Assembly (NCBI GenBank): GCA_963741095.1
Contig: CAVUGN010000002.1
Span: forward strand, 160,001 to 224,000
Direction: 5' to 3'
Length of the DNA stretch: 64,000 bases
Source: an uncultured Candidatus Micrarchaeota archaeon
GTDB taxonomy: Archaea > Micrarchaeota > Micrarchaeia > Micrarchaeales > Micrarchaeaceae
Shown here one piece after another: positions 55,519 through 64,000 of this stretch. Under the pieces are notes generated by a model, which was not told where the DNA came from, ran no database searches, and was given only the letters and a program-made list of their open reading frames with translations. Both the position numbers and the translations under genes were made by a program. The stretch's first letter is position 1, and each line of letters starts with the position of its first letter.

Positions 55519-56049
55519 ATGAATAAGCATCCTAAGGCGCAGAGCGCCATGGAATACCTGATGACGTACGGCTGGGCGATCCTGATCATCTCGGTGGTCT
55601 TGGGTGCGCTGTTCTCCCTTGGAGTGTTCAGTGGAGCATCTCTAATCGGAACCACCTGCGTCGCAAGTCCAGGCTTTTACTGCAGCGGTGTGACCTACTC
55701 GCACAGCACAGGAAACGTACTGGTCACGATAGGCCAGAGCACGGGCACGAACTGGGCATCTTCGGCATTCATATATGCCACTCAGGGATCCGCTTCCAGT
55801 GCAGGCATACCTACCGTACTGTTCGCAAACGCACTGCCATCCGGTCTTTATTCCGGCCAGCAGTCAACCATCTCATGGGGTGTATCCTCGACCAGCACCG
55901 CTGTCGGAACAATAACCGCGGGAACGATCTGGGCATGCTATGAAGTGGGAACTTCGGGTAACACCGTTGGTGTGGCTTCGGGATCATGCACAGGAACAGG
56001 CACGATATACTACGTGCAGATTGCAACTCTGACTGCAAAGGCTGTCTAA
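55519..56049 (+). CDS. class III signal peptide type IV pilin-like protein 2
   Basis: KAQSAMEYLMTYGWAIL; close paralog of pilin 1. Confidence 0.88.
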   Translation: MNKHPKAQSAMEYLMTYGWAILIISVVLGALFSLGVFSGASLIGTTCVASPGFYCSGVTYSHSTGNVLVTIGQSTGTNWASSAFIYATQGSASSAGIPTVLFANALPSGLYSGQQSTISWGVSSTSTAVGTITAGTIWACYEVGTSGNTVGVASGSCTGTGTIYYVQIATLTAKAV

Positions 56050-56085
56050 TTACAGGCAGCCTTTTTCCTTTCTTTTTTATTTTTT
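56040..56085 (+). terminator. hairpin plus oligo-T terminator after pilin 2 (duplicate of the first)
   Basis: GGCTGTCT-aattac-AGGCAGCC followed by a T tract. Confidence 0.75.
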
Positions 56086-56125
56086 ATACCCCAGCCAGGG
56101 GCATGGGCAATCCTTTCCTGCTGGT

Positions 56126-56146
56126 GCAAAAGAAGCATTTATATCC
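56126..56146 (+). promoter_or_regulatory. BRE-TATA promoter of pilin 3
   Basis: GCAAAAGAAGCATTTATATCC. Confidence 0.55.
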
Positions 56147-56180
56147 TTTTAGTGTCGTGTTATAACAAAAAGGCGGCAAC

Positions 56181-56732
56181 ATGCTTACGAGTACAAAAGC
56201 CCAGAGCGCCATGGAATACCTGATGACGTACGGTTGGGCAATCCTGATAATAGCCGTGGTCCTGGGCGCGCTGTTCTCCATAGGGGTATTCGGCGGATCC
56301 TCCTTCGTCGGGACTTCGTGCGTCGCAAGCCCAGGATTCTACTGTGGAGGCATAACCTACTCGCACAGCACGGGCAACATGGTCATCATGATAGGCCAGA
56401 ACACCGGTGCGCTATGGGGCACGGTGGCGTTTCTGTACGCGCCTCAGGGAACCGCTTCGACTGTCAACGCCCCGTCGGTGATGTTCGCGAATGCGCTTGC
56501 TCCTCCGACCGGCTTCTATTCCGGTCAGATCTACGGATTGTATTGGCCCGTATCTGCGCCAGGCACTGCTGTTGGCGCAACGACCTCAGGTGCCGTCTGG
56601 GCATGCTACACGATAGTAAGCCCTGGACTGACTAGCGGAATGCTCATGACCACCTATTCCGGCTCATGCACTGCGGGCACAAACACGGTGTACTACGCGC
56701 AGATGGCGACCCTGACTGCAAAGGCAAGCTAG
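56181..56732 (+). CDS. class III signal peptide type IV pilin-like protein 3
   Basis: KAQSAMEYLMTYGWAIL; more diverged paralog. Confidence 0.88.
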   Translation: MLTSTKAQSAMEYLMTYGWAILIIAVVLGALFSIGVFGGSSFVGTSCVASPGFYCGGITYSHSTGNMVIMIGQNTGALWGTVAFLYAPQGTASTVNAPSVMFANALAPPTGFYSGQIYGLYWPVSAPGTAVGATTSGAVWACYTIVSPGLTSGMLMTTYSGSCTAGTNTVYYAQMATLTAKAS

Positions 56733-56746
56733 CCAATCAATCCTGA

Positions 56747-57670
56747 TTACTTTTTCTTGGATTGCAGCTCTGCCTTCATCCTCAGAACTTCCGAGAGCTC
56801 ATCTGCGCTCAGCAAAGGCTTCCTCATTCTTGCAGAATCATCGGTTGCCAGCCTCGGGCACGCTGTGTTAACGAAGGCATCGAACTCCATCATGTTGTTA
56901 AGCGATTCGAAGTCGAAGGTGTTCGCGACAACAATCTCGGCATCGAACCCCGCGCTCTCTATCATATGTTTCAGTGTTTTTGCCAGGTCCAGGTTAAACT
57001 GCCCTGTCTTAGTGCTAAGCATAATTGCAAATCTCTTCGCGTCGATCGCGCTAAGCATCCTGCCCTTCTTTTTCTTTGCGTACACCTCTCTTTGCGCATC
57101 GATCCTATCCATCTTGTTCAGGAACGGGTCTGCGACGAAGAAAGGCTTCGTTGTCGCGATCAGCGCGCCCAACGGATGAAAGATCCCGCCGCCGAAATAG
57201 ACAAAGGCATCGACCTTCTCGTTGATGCTTGCAGCGCTGCCCGCATCGCAGCCCAACACCTGCCCCTCATTTTTTGCAGGGCCGTAGGGCTTGCCTATCA
57301 ATACCGTCTTTCCGTTTTTCTCATAAAAAGCCTTGATATCATTCAGCTGGTGCACGTGCTGTATCGTTGTGATGATGCCGATGGCATCGAATTCCTTGAG
57401 CGCATCCAGAGAATTTTTGATGATATCCAGCGGCGCGTCGACATGGTACTCGACGTACTCGACATTGAAACCGGCGCTCTTGAACTCGCAATGGCCGAAA
57501 TGAATGAGCTTGTCAGCCTTTATCGCCCTTGCCTCGTCAAGAGCGAGGTCGCAGGCGCCGAAGGTCGGCGATGCGGATATGAAGACCTCGTTGCCCTCGC
57601 TCTCGAGCGCTTTCGCATGCCTGAGCGCCTCCTGCTTAAGCCCTTCGGGAAACTGCAATAGAATGCGCAT
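56747..57670 (-). CDS. dph2: diphthamide biosynthesis enzyme Dph2
   Basis: LQFPEGLK, FGACD, HFGH, GQVLGC, FH, STK.GQ, TACPR. Confidence 0.95.
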   Translation of the reverse strand: MRILLQFPEGLKQEALRHAKALESEGNEVFISASPTFGACDLALDEARAIKADKLIHFGHCEFKSAGFNVEYVEYHVDAPLDIIKNSLDALKEFDAIGIITTIQHVHQLNDIKAFYEKNGKTVLIGKPYGPAKNEGQVLGCDAGSAASINEKVDAFVYFGGGIFHPLGALIATTKPFFVADPFLNKMDRIDAQREVYAKKKKGRMLSAIDAKRFAIMLSTKTGQFNLDLAKTLKHMIESAGFDAEIVVANTFDFESLNNMMEFDAFVNTACPRLATDDSARMRKPLLSADELSEVLRMKAELQSKKK

Positions 57671-57706
57671 GAACTTACCTGAACCTAAAAATGCAAAAAG
57701 AGGGCA

Positions 57707-58246
57707 TCAAAGTTTCGGCATTACCTTCTCGACCGCCTTTACCTTGTAGGTGCCCGAAAGCTTTGCCGTCGATCTCCTCAGCGCCTTCACCGCGACTTCG
57801 CGGTTCGCCTTCATCGTCTGAAGCATGAATATCGGCTGGTTCTCCTTTATCCTGGCTGCAACAGCGACCGGCCTTCCGAACGAGAGGCTCATTCCCCTTG
57901 AGGTTCGGTCTGCACCGGCAGCAGTGGACATCTTGTGCTCCCTTATGACGTTGTGCGGGAAGACCAGCACCTTTAGCGAATAATCCAAAGGTATGTTATT
58001 CTCAAGGTACTTGTTGATGAGCTGCCTTGCGGACTCTATCGCGTTGGAGCGAAGCTGAAGCGATTGCTGCGGCCTGAGCGTCAATTCTAGGTCATATGTG
58101 TCCTTGCGCACGCCCATGTTGAAGACCAACAGGCTGGTGTGCGGCAGTGCCCTGACGTAATTCTTCCTTGGTTTCCTGAGTGAGTACCTCGACCAAGGCT
58201 GCGAAGTGATGTCCCTGCAGGTCCTGGCGGGTCTAAGTCTAGCCAT
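57707..58246 (-). CDS. rpl16: 50S ribosomal protein uL16 (L10e)
   Basis: LRPART.R, QLRSNAIESAR, FPH.VIREHK, GADR.S.GM..SFGRP. Confidence 0.95.
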   Translation of the reverse strand: MARLRPARTCRDITSQPWSRYSLRKPRKNYVRALPHTSLLVFNMGVRKDTYDLELTLRPQQSLQLRSNAIESARQLINKYLENNIPLDYSLKVLVFPHNVIREHKMSTAAGADRTSRGMSLSFGRPVAVAARIKENQPIFMLQTMKANREVAVKALRRSTAKLSGTYKVKAVEKVMPKL

Positions 58247-58421
58247 AATAAACACTAAAGTAGTAGTATACTATTTTGCCAACAAAGATATAAAAAGATG
58301 CCGTAAACCAATGGGGCAGATGCTGCCGACATCGTTGCGGTGCGATACTGAGTGAGAAATTCTCTGTTGCGGGACTACTCTATTTTTATAGTTTCTCAGT
58401 GTCAACATATCAGGTGGTTGC

Positions 58422-59459
58422 ATGGATATGTTGGAAAGCGCTCTGAGCAATGAAAATTCTTCGGAAGACATGTTCAAAGCAAGAATCATGGTGTGCGGCG
58501 CAGGCGGCGGAGGCTCAAACACCATAAACAGGCTCAGCAAGATGGGCGTCATCGGGGCAAGCCTGATGGCAGTCAACACCGATGCAAAGCACCTCAACGG
58601 CATGGATCCATCTATCAAGCGCATTCTCATCGGCGGCGCACTCACGCGCGGCCTGGGAGCAGGCGGATTCCCCGAGATAGGGGCAAAGGCCGCAGAGTAT
58701 TCGAGATCTGAAATAGACAGCGCACTGAGAGGCTGCAATCTTCTCTTCCTCACCGCGGGCATGGGTGGCGGAACGGGCACCGGAGCGGCGCCGATAATCG
58801 CGGACGCCGCAAAGAAGAACGGTGCGATAGTCATAGGCATAATAACATTCCCGTTCAGGCTGGAGCGTGTAAGATTGGAAGTGGCAAAGAAGGGAATAGC
58901 CGAGCTCAGCAAGAACTGCGACACCCTGATAGTCATAGACAACCAGAGGCTCGCCGACGTCTATCCGAACCTCGCATTGGAACAGGCGTTCAAGGTTGCG
59001 GACGAAGTCGCGTCAAGGGCGGTGAAGGGCATAGCCGAGACGATAAATACGCCAAGCTTCATAAACATAGACTTCGCCGACATCAGAAGCATAATGAACA
59101 GGGGCGGAATAGCCATGATAAGCGTCGGGGAGGGCAAGGGCTCGAACAAGGTCAACGACGTCGTCAGGGAAACGCTCAGCAACAAGCTTCTTGACGTGAA
59201 TTATGAAGGCACAAAAGGCATTCTGCTGCACATACGCGGCGGAGAGGACCTCACACTGGGAGAGGCTAACGAGATAGCAGGCAGGCTGACAGAACAGGCC
59301 GCGCCGAACGCAAACGTCATATGGGGCGCAAGAATAGATCCCGCATACAACGGCAGGGTAGAAGTGATAGCGATATTCACCGGCGTCTCAAGCTCGCAGA
59401 TACTCTCCGGAAAGACCGCCGAGAACGAGGCACAAGATTTCGGGCTCGGCTCGATGTGA
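58422..59459 (+). CDS. ftsZ: cell division protein FtsZ
   Basis: GAGGGGSN, NTD, GLGAGG, GMGGGTGTG, IDNQRL, NIDFAD. Confidence 0.97.
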   Translation: MDMLESALSNENSSEDMFKARIMVCGAGGGGSNTINRLSKMGVIGASLMAVNTDAKHLNGMDPSIKRILIGGALTRGLGAGGFPEIGAKAAEYSRSEIDSALRGCNLLFLTAGMGGGTGTGAAPIIADAAKKNGAIVIGIITFPFRLERVRLEVAKKGIAELSKNCDTLIVIDNQRLADVYPNLALEQAFKVADEVASRAVKGIAETINTPSFINIDFADIRSIMNRGGIAMISVGEGKGSNKVNDVVRETLSNKLLDVNYEGTKGILLHIRGGEDLTLGEANEIAGRLTEQAAPNANVIWGARIDPAYNGRVEVIAIFTGVSSSQILSGKTAENEAQDFGLGSM

Positions 59460-59478
59460 GCGCGGGAATTATCGTCAA

Positions 59479-60321
59479 CTAAAATGCCGTACGCCCAAGC
59501 AAATCCCTCACGCTGTCCGATTTGGCGTGATCAATCGCTTTCTTGCCTAGATTATCAGTCATATTGATATCGGCTCCGTTGCGCATCAACATCTCAACAA
59601 GCTCCTTTCTATCAGCGTTTGCAGCCATCATCAGCGCCGTGAAGTTGCTATAAGTCTTCGCATTAACATCGGCTCCGGCGCGTATCAATGGCTCTACAGC
59701 CTCTCCTCTGGCTTCATGCGAGCCGTACATGATCGCCGTCCTTCCCCAAACATCCTTCATATCAACGTCAGCTCCTCTGCCTATCAATATCTCGGCAACC
59801 CTCTTGCGATCATAATAAGCGGCCAACATCAGCGCCGTCAATCCCTTCTTATTCTTCAAATCAAGATCGGCCCCGTGGCTTATTAACGCTTTGACGCCCT
59901 CTTCATTATCTTCAGACGTGGCCTTCATCAGCGCCGTATCCCCATCCTTATCACCAAGGTTTGCATCTGCCCCGCCATTCAGCAGTATCCTCAGGGTCTC
60001 GATGTATTTTCTGTTCATCGAAACCCACATCAGCGCAGTCATATCCTCGGGGTCCCTCACATTCACGTTCGCCCCTTTTTGTATCAGTTCACCAACCCTG
60101 TCGTTATCTATGTTGGGCAGCATCACTTCCCTGATCAGTTCTCTTCCCAGCTTCTTTGCTTCATCCTCGCTGACGACTAGTTTCCCCGCGCACTCCCTTA
60201 ACCTCGCGATTTTATTGTCGATTGCTGCGCCTGATGGCCCTTCGGTCTGCCTGACGAACGCCTTGATCTCCTCCACCCTCTGCGGAGTCATCCTTCCGTC
60301 CCTGTTCGCGCCGGTTTCCAT
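59479..60321 (-). CDS. ankyrin repeat protein
   Basis: repeated G.TALM.A...V..LI..GAD units. Confidence 0.93.
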   Translation of the reverse strand: METGANRDGRMTPQRVEEIKAFVRQTEGPSGAAIDNKIARLRECAGKLVVSEDEAKKLGRELIREVMLPNIDNDRVGELIQKGANVNVRDPEDMTALMWVSMNRKYIETLRILLNGGADANLGDKDGDTALMKATSEDNEEGVKALISHGADLDLKNKKGLTALMLAAYYDRKRVAEILIGRGADVDMKDVWGRTAIMYGSHEARGEAVEPLIRAGADVNAKTYSNFTALMMAANADRKELVEMLMRNGADINMTDNLGKKAIDHAKSDSVRDLLGRTAF

Positions 60322-60322
60322 C

Positions 60323-61282
60323 TCACATACCTTTCATTGCGTCCTTGAGCATCTTTTTTATGGCTTTATCATCCGTCTGGTTTATGGTCCTCCTACCCGA
60401 ACGGTCCTTTAACGTCGCATCCGCACCGTTTTTCAACAACACCGCGACAACCTTGCTATGCTCATGAGCAGCTGCCCACATCAGTGCGGTCATGCCTGTG
60501 CGATCACGAATATCTATATCCGCTTGGCTGTTTAGCAACATCTCCGCAACCTCACAATGACCTTCTTTTGCCGCCCGTATCAATGCAGTCTTGTGCGTAT
60601 CATCCTGCATGTCCACATTTGCGCCGCCGCGTATCAATCTCTCGACAACCGCCTTTTTGCCCTGTGATGACGCCCACATAAGTGCGGTGCCGCCCGCTCT
60701 ATCCCTCAATTCTGTATCTGCGCCATCGCCTATCAGAATATCAACAACGTCCACGTGGCCGTTTTGCGAAGCCCACATCATTGCCGTCATCCCCGTCATA
60801 TCCCTCAAATCCGGATTACTGGGTGGTTCCAACATCTCTACAATATCTGTGAATCCACGCGCGGAGGCGTGCATTAGCGCCGTCATCCTCTTGTTGTCCT
60901 CCGCGTTCACATCCATCAAGCGTGGAACGAACAGCAGCAGGAGCTCCACGACATCCTTGTGGTTGTTGCACGAAGCCTTCATCAGCGCCGTCTGGCCCGC
61001 TTTATCCTTCGCATTCAAGTCGGCCCCTTTGTTTATCAGCTTCTTGATCTTATCGATGTCTATAATCTTCTTTTTTGCCTCGTTGATGAGCTGCATCCCC
61101 CATGTCTGCTCGTTTTCTTCCTTTGCAATAGACTCCCTTAATCTAATTTTCATGCCCTCGATCTGTTTGCCGATCGGATGACCAGGAGTTTCATCTATCC
61201 CTCTCAGATAAGCCCTTAGCGCGTCCACTCTCGCTACGGTTATCCTTCCGTCGTTTGCCGCGCTCTCAGATTTCCCGACCAT
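60323..61282 (-). CDS. ankyrin repeat protein
   Basis: repeated TALMWA...G...V..LL..GAD units. Confidence 0.93.
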   Translation of the reverse strand: MVGKSESAANDGRITVARVDALRAYLRGIDETPGHPIGKQIEGMKIRLRESIAKEENEQTWGMQLINEAKKKIIDIDKIKKLINKGADLNAKDKAGQTALMKASCNNHKDVVELLLLFVPRLMDVNAEDNKRMTALMHASARGFTDIVEMLEPPSNPDLRDMTGMTAMMWASQNGHVDVVDILIGDGADTELRDRAGGTALMWASSQGKKAVVERLIRGGANVDMQDDTHKTALIRAAKEGHCEVAEMLLNSQADIDIRDRTGMTALMWAAAHEHSKVVAVLLKNGADATLKDRSGRRTINQTDDKAIKKMLKDAMKGM

Positions 61283-61412
61283 GAATCCAACCTATCTCAA
61301 TGATAGTCCATTTTGCCAGATATATATGGACTGCTTTTGGGTTCGTTTTGCGACGTAAATGCGTTCTTCGGCAAAACAACAGAATCAGACACCAAACCCT
61401 CTTTATGTGAAG

Positions 61413-63722
61413 TTAGGGCTCCACGACCTTGGTGTGGCCGTTGCTGTCCTTGTCCCTCTCTAATTGGTAGATACGCGCGGCGCTGACCTGCTTCAGCTCG
61501 CTCTCGTGGGTTATCACGAAGACCTGCTCCACCACCTTAGGCAGCGAGTCCCCCAACATCTCAACGAACTTCGCTATGCCGTTCTCGTCTATGTTGTGTG
61601 TCGGCTCGTCGAGTATCAGCCATTTCAGATTCGGCACCACCACCATGGCGAACGCTATCCTCATAGCAAGGCATGCCATGCTACGCTCGCCGCCGCTTGC
61701 CATGCCGTCCACCTCCGACCATTTTGCCTCCTCTCCGTTCAAGGTGCGGGCCTCTAGTTTGTAATCATCCTTGCCCGCCTCGAGCCTTATGCCGCTGTAA
61801 TCGGCGTAGGGGTATATCTCAGACCAGATGCTCTGCATCATACTGTTTATCGATGTTATGAGCCTGTTCCTAAGCATGCCTTCAGTATCTACAAGAGCGC
61901 TCTTGAACTTGTTCATCTCGCCGACCTGCTGCCTCCTCTTCTCCACCCTTTCCTTTATCTGGTTTATGTTGGCAATCTGTTTCGCCTTCTCCTCTATCTG
62001 CGTGTCCACGCTTGCAAGGTACCTCTTACCGCTCTCAATCTTCGAATTGACCTCGCTGAGACGTGAGCTCTCCTTTGTTATCCTATCCTGGAGCTCGTAG
62101 AGCGCGCTCTCGTCGACCTTCGTCGCTGCCAATCCCTCCTTCTTAGTTACAAGGAGCTCAGAATCCTTCTTGACCTCCAATTCGTGGCTCTGCCTCCTCT
62201 TCGCCGCTTCAAGATCGGTGTCGAGCGACTTTATATCCTTTCTAATTATTTCAAGCTCCGCCTCCGCCTTTTCGATGTCCTTCGAGAATATCGCCGATGC
62301 CTTCCTCGAGACTTCGGCCCTCTCGGTCGCCCTTTTAACCAATTCCTCGATGCCCTTGTAATCCTCCAGCTTCTTGCTCGACAGCAGCAGCGCGTTGCGC
62401 TCCTTCGTCGCAACCTCTATCCTGGCGGCCAATTCGGCCACGGCCTTGGAAGACCGGTCTATGCTGCTTGAAATTTCTGCCGAAAGCGCAACCTTGCCCT
62501 TCAACAATCTGTGCCTCAGCTCGTCGTCCAACTCGCGCTCGCAGACCGGGCACTTGCTCACCTCTTTGCTCAGCTCGTCGACGCTCTTCTCGAGCTCTTG
62601 CCTGCTGCCCTTCAATGCCGCAAGATCCTTCCTGAGCTCTTGGAGCGTGTCATCGTCTTTCTTCAGCGCTTTCTCAATCGAAGAGAGGTCCTTGCCCTTC
62701 ATCTTATCAAGAATCTGGTCGCGCTCCTTCACCTTTGCGAGGCCGCTCTTCAATTCCGCTTCTGCCTGGGCTGCTTCCCTAATTGCAGCGTCTCCTTTTG
62801 CCTTCTGGCTTTTGAGTTCCGCAATCGCCGTTTTCTCCTTTTCGCCAGACTCCTTCCTGTCCTTCTCGAGTTTATCAGGCCCGTGCGGCACCACAGTCTT
62901 CTCTATCTCCTTCTTCAGCGTGAGTATCCTGCTTTCCAACTCTGCAACTTCCTTTGACAGCTTTGTCCTCTTCTCGTAACTCAACTTTAGCTCAGCCAGC
63001 TCCTTTTTGCGCTTCTCCATGCCCTCCTTTGCGATGACCGCCTCCTTGCCCAGCACCGCCTGCTCCTTCACTACGGTTTCCTTCTCCTTTGACAGCGCCT
63101 CCAACTGTTTCTTGGATTCGTCCACGTCCATTTGCGTCAGGGTCTGCTCCTCTCCGCTTATCAGGGATTTCATCCAGTTGATCAGCGATGTGGCATTGAC
63201 CTCAGCATTGGCGAACCTGTCAAGACCCAGCATTTGGTCTATCTGCCTCTTCCTGTCGCCCTTCGGCAGTTCAAGGAAATAATCGAGCCTGTTCTGTTCG
63301 GAATAGACCACCCTTGAGAAGGTGTCGTAATCGACGCTAAGCAGCCTCTCTATCTCCTCGTTCACCCTCTCGGGCTGCGCCTGTATATAGGATCCGTTCT
63401 TCTCCAGCTTCGCGGTCGTGCCCTGCTCCCGCGTTATCTTCCTCGTCACCGTGTAGGAGTCGTCGCCGCTGGTGAAATTCACTTTCACGGTCGCTTCGTT
63501 CTCCTGGTCTGGTTTGTTAAGTATAAGTCCGTCAAGGCTAGTGCGCCTGTGCACCAGAGCAGGAAAGGTTCCGAACAATCCGAAAGAAAGGGCATCCATG
63601 ACCGAGCTCTTGCCTGCTCCCATTATGCCTATGAGTACGTTAACCCCCTTCTGGAAGCCGAGCACGTTGTGCTTATGGCTTCTCCAGTTAACCAGCTCTA
63701 TGGAGCTTATCACGTAAACCAC
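61413..63722 (-). CDS. rad50: Rad50/SbcC-type SMC-family ATPase
   Basis: G.MGAGKSS Walker A, coiled coils, central CPVC zinc hook, SGGE signature, ILDEPT, ITH. Confidence 0.9.
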   Translation of the reverse strand: MVYVISSIELVNWRSHKHNVLGFQKGVNVLIGIMGAGKSSVMDALSFGLFGTFPALVHRRTSLDGLILNKPDQENEATVKVNFTSGDDSYTVTRKITREQGTTAKLEKNGSYIQAQPERVNEEIERLLSVDYDTFSRVVYSEQNRLDYFLELPKGDRKRQIDQMLGLDRFANAEVNATSLINWMKSLISGEEQTLTQMDVDESKKQLEALSKEKETVVKEQAVLGKEAVIAKEGMEKRKKELAELKLSYEKRTKLSKEVAELESRILTLKKEIEKTVVPHGPDKLEKDRKESGEKEKTAIAELKSQKAKGDAAIREAAQAEAELKSGLAKVKERDQILDKMKGKDLSSIEKALKKDDDTLQELRKDLAALKGSRQELEKSVDELSKEVSKCPVCERELDDELRHRLLKGKVALSAEISSSIDRSSKAVAELAARIEVATKERNALLLSSKKLEDYKGIEELVKRATERAEVSRKASAIFSKDIEKAEAELEIIRKDIKSLDTDLEAAKRRQSHELEVKKDSELLVTKKEGLAATKVDESALYELQDRITKESSRLSEVNSKIESGKRYLASVDTQIEEKAKQIANINQIKERVEKRRQQVGEMNKFKSALVDTEGMLRNRLITSINSMMQSIWSEIYPYADYSGIRLEAGKDDYKLEARTLNGEEAKWSEVDGMASGGERSMACLAMRIAFAMVVVPNLKWLILDEPTHNIDENGIAKFVEMLGDSLPKVVEQVFVITHESELKQVSAARIYQLERDKDSNGHTKVVEP

Positions 63723-63783
63723 CGGCAGGCATTATGTACATTAAGGACGTGCAGATTTATTAGACAAGCAGGCGTGAAAAAGA

Positions 63784-64000
63784 TCAGAGCAGGCTTTCCT
63801 CCTCAACCTCGACCTCCCGTACCCCGTCTATCTTCTTCAGGGCTTCCTCCACGTTCGATGACGCCTTGTCGACGTCCTCGAAGGTGAAGAGCACTCGAAT
63901 GACCTTGATGCCGAACGCGACCTCATCGGCCTGGATGCCGGCGGGCTTGAGCTGCTCCTTTATGTTGCTCATCGCCTTTTCCAGTGCGCCGTCGTTCGGA
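63784..64000 (-). CDS. ef1b: elongation factor 1-beta (5' end outside window)
   Basis: EVAFGIK.I, VEE.L..IDGV.EVEV...SLL. Confidence 0.92.
   Translation of the reverse strand, partial: PNDGALEKAMSNIKEQLKPAGIQADEVAFGIKVIRVLFTFEDVDKASSNVEEALKKIDGVREVEVEEESLL

Noticed and set aside
54833-56732. Pilin paralogs as a diversity-generating retroelement TR/VR pair
   Set aside because: Differences are not adenine-specific, all copies are intact genes, and no reverse transcriptase is present in the window.
56762-57661. 299-aa ORF antisense to dph2 (likewise 5051-6346 and 35437-36420 antisense, and 4018-5610 and 43852-44817 off-frame)
   Set aside because: Shadow ORFs produced by codon bias in real genes; no recognisable motifs.
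58300-58421. Structured leader or riboswitch upstream of ftsZ (TGAGAAA/TTTCTCA pairing)
   Set aside because: A TTTTTATA box about 30-40 nt before the ftsZ start implies a very short leader; the pairing is short and may be chance.

Overview
64-kb piece of an archaeal chromosome, most consistent with a DPANN Ca. Micrarchaeota genome (inference from BHB-intron tRNAs, archaeal information-processing genes, 'AQSAMEYLMTYGWAIL' class III signal-peptide pilins, and FtsZ/SepF). Most of the window is densely packed housekeeping genes: trxB, prenyl synthase, dph2/dph6, truD, trm1, trmJ, rsmA, cca, tyrS, rpl30/15/16, rps24e/27ae, aIF5A, EF-1beta, rpo7/spt4, ftsZ, sepF, rad50. There are seven tRNA genes on the minus strand, four with introns, and several carry non-canonical core nucleotides. 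No CRISPR array, rRNA, integrase or transposase was seen. The most notable items are (i) a 920-aa protein with a polytopic membrane domain fused to a tandem Cdc48-like AAA+ motor; (ii) a 2400-aa membrane-anchored surface protein with an N-terminal spherulin-4/GH135-like glycosidase domain, an unassigned 8-Cys repeat and a Cys-rich stalk; (iii) a triplet of pilin genes with constant ends and variable middles, plus a pilin-LamG fusion; (iv) two ankyrin proteins sharing an unassigned N-terminal module; (v) tRNAs with co-varied D/T-loop tertiary contacts, a C33 and a 12-nt T-loop intron. All family calls come from motif recognition by eye; no database searches were run.
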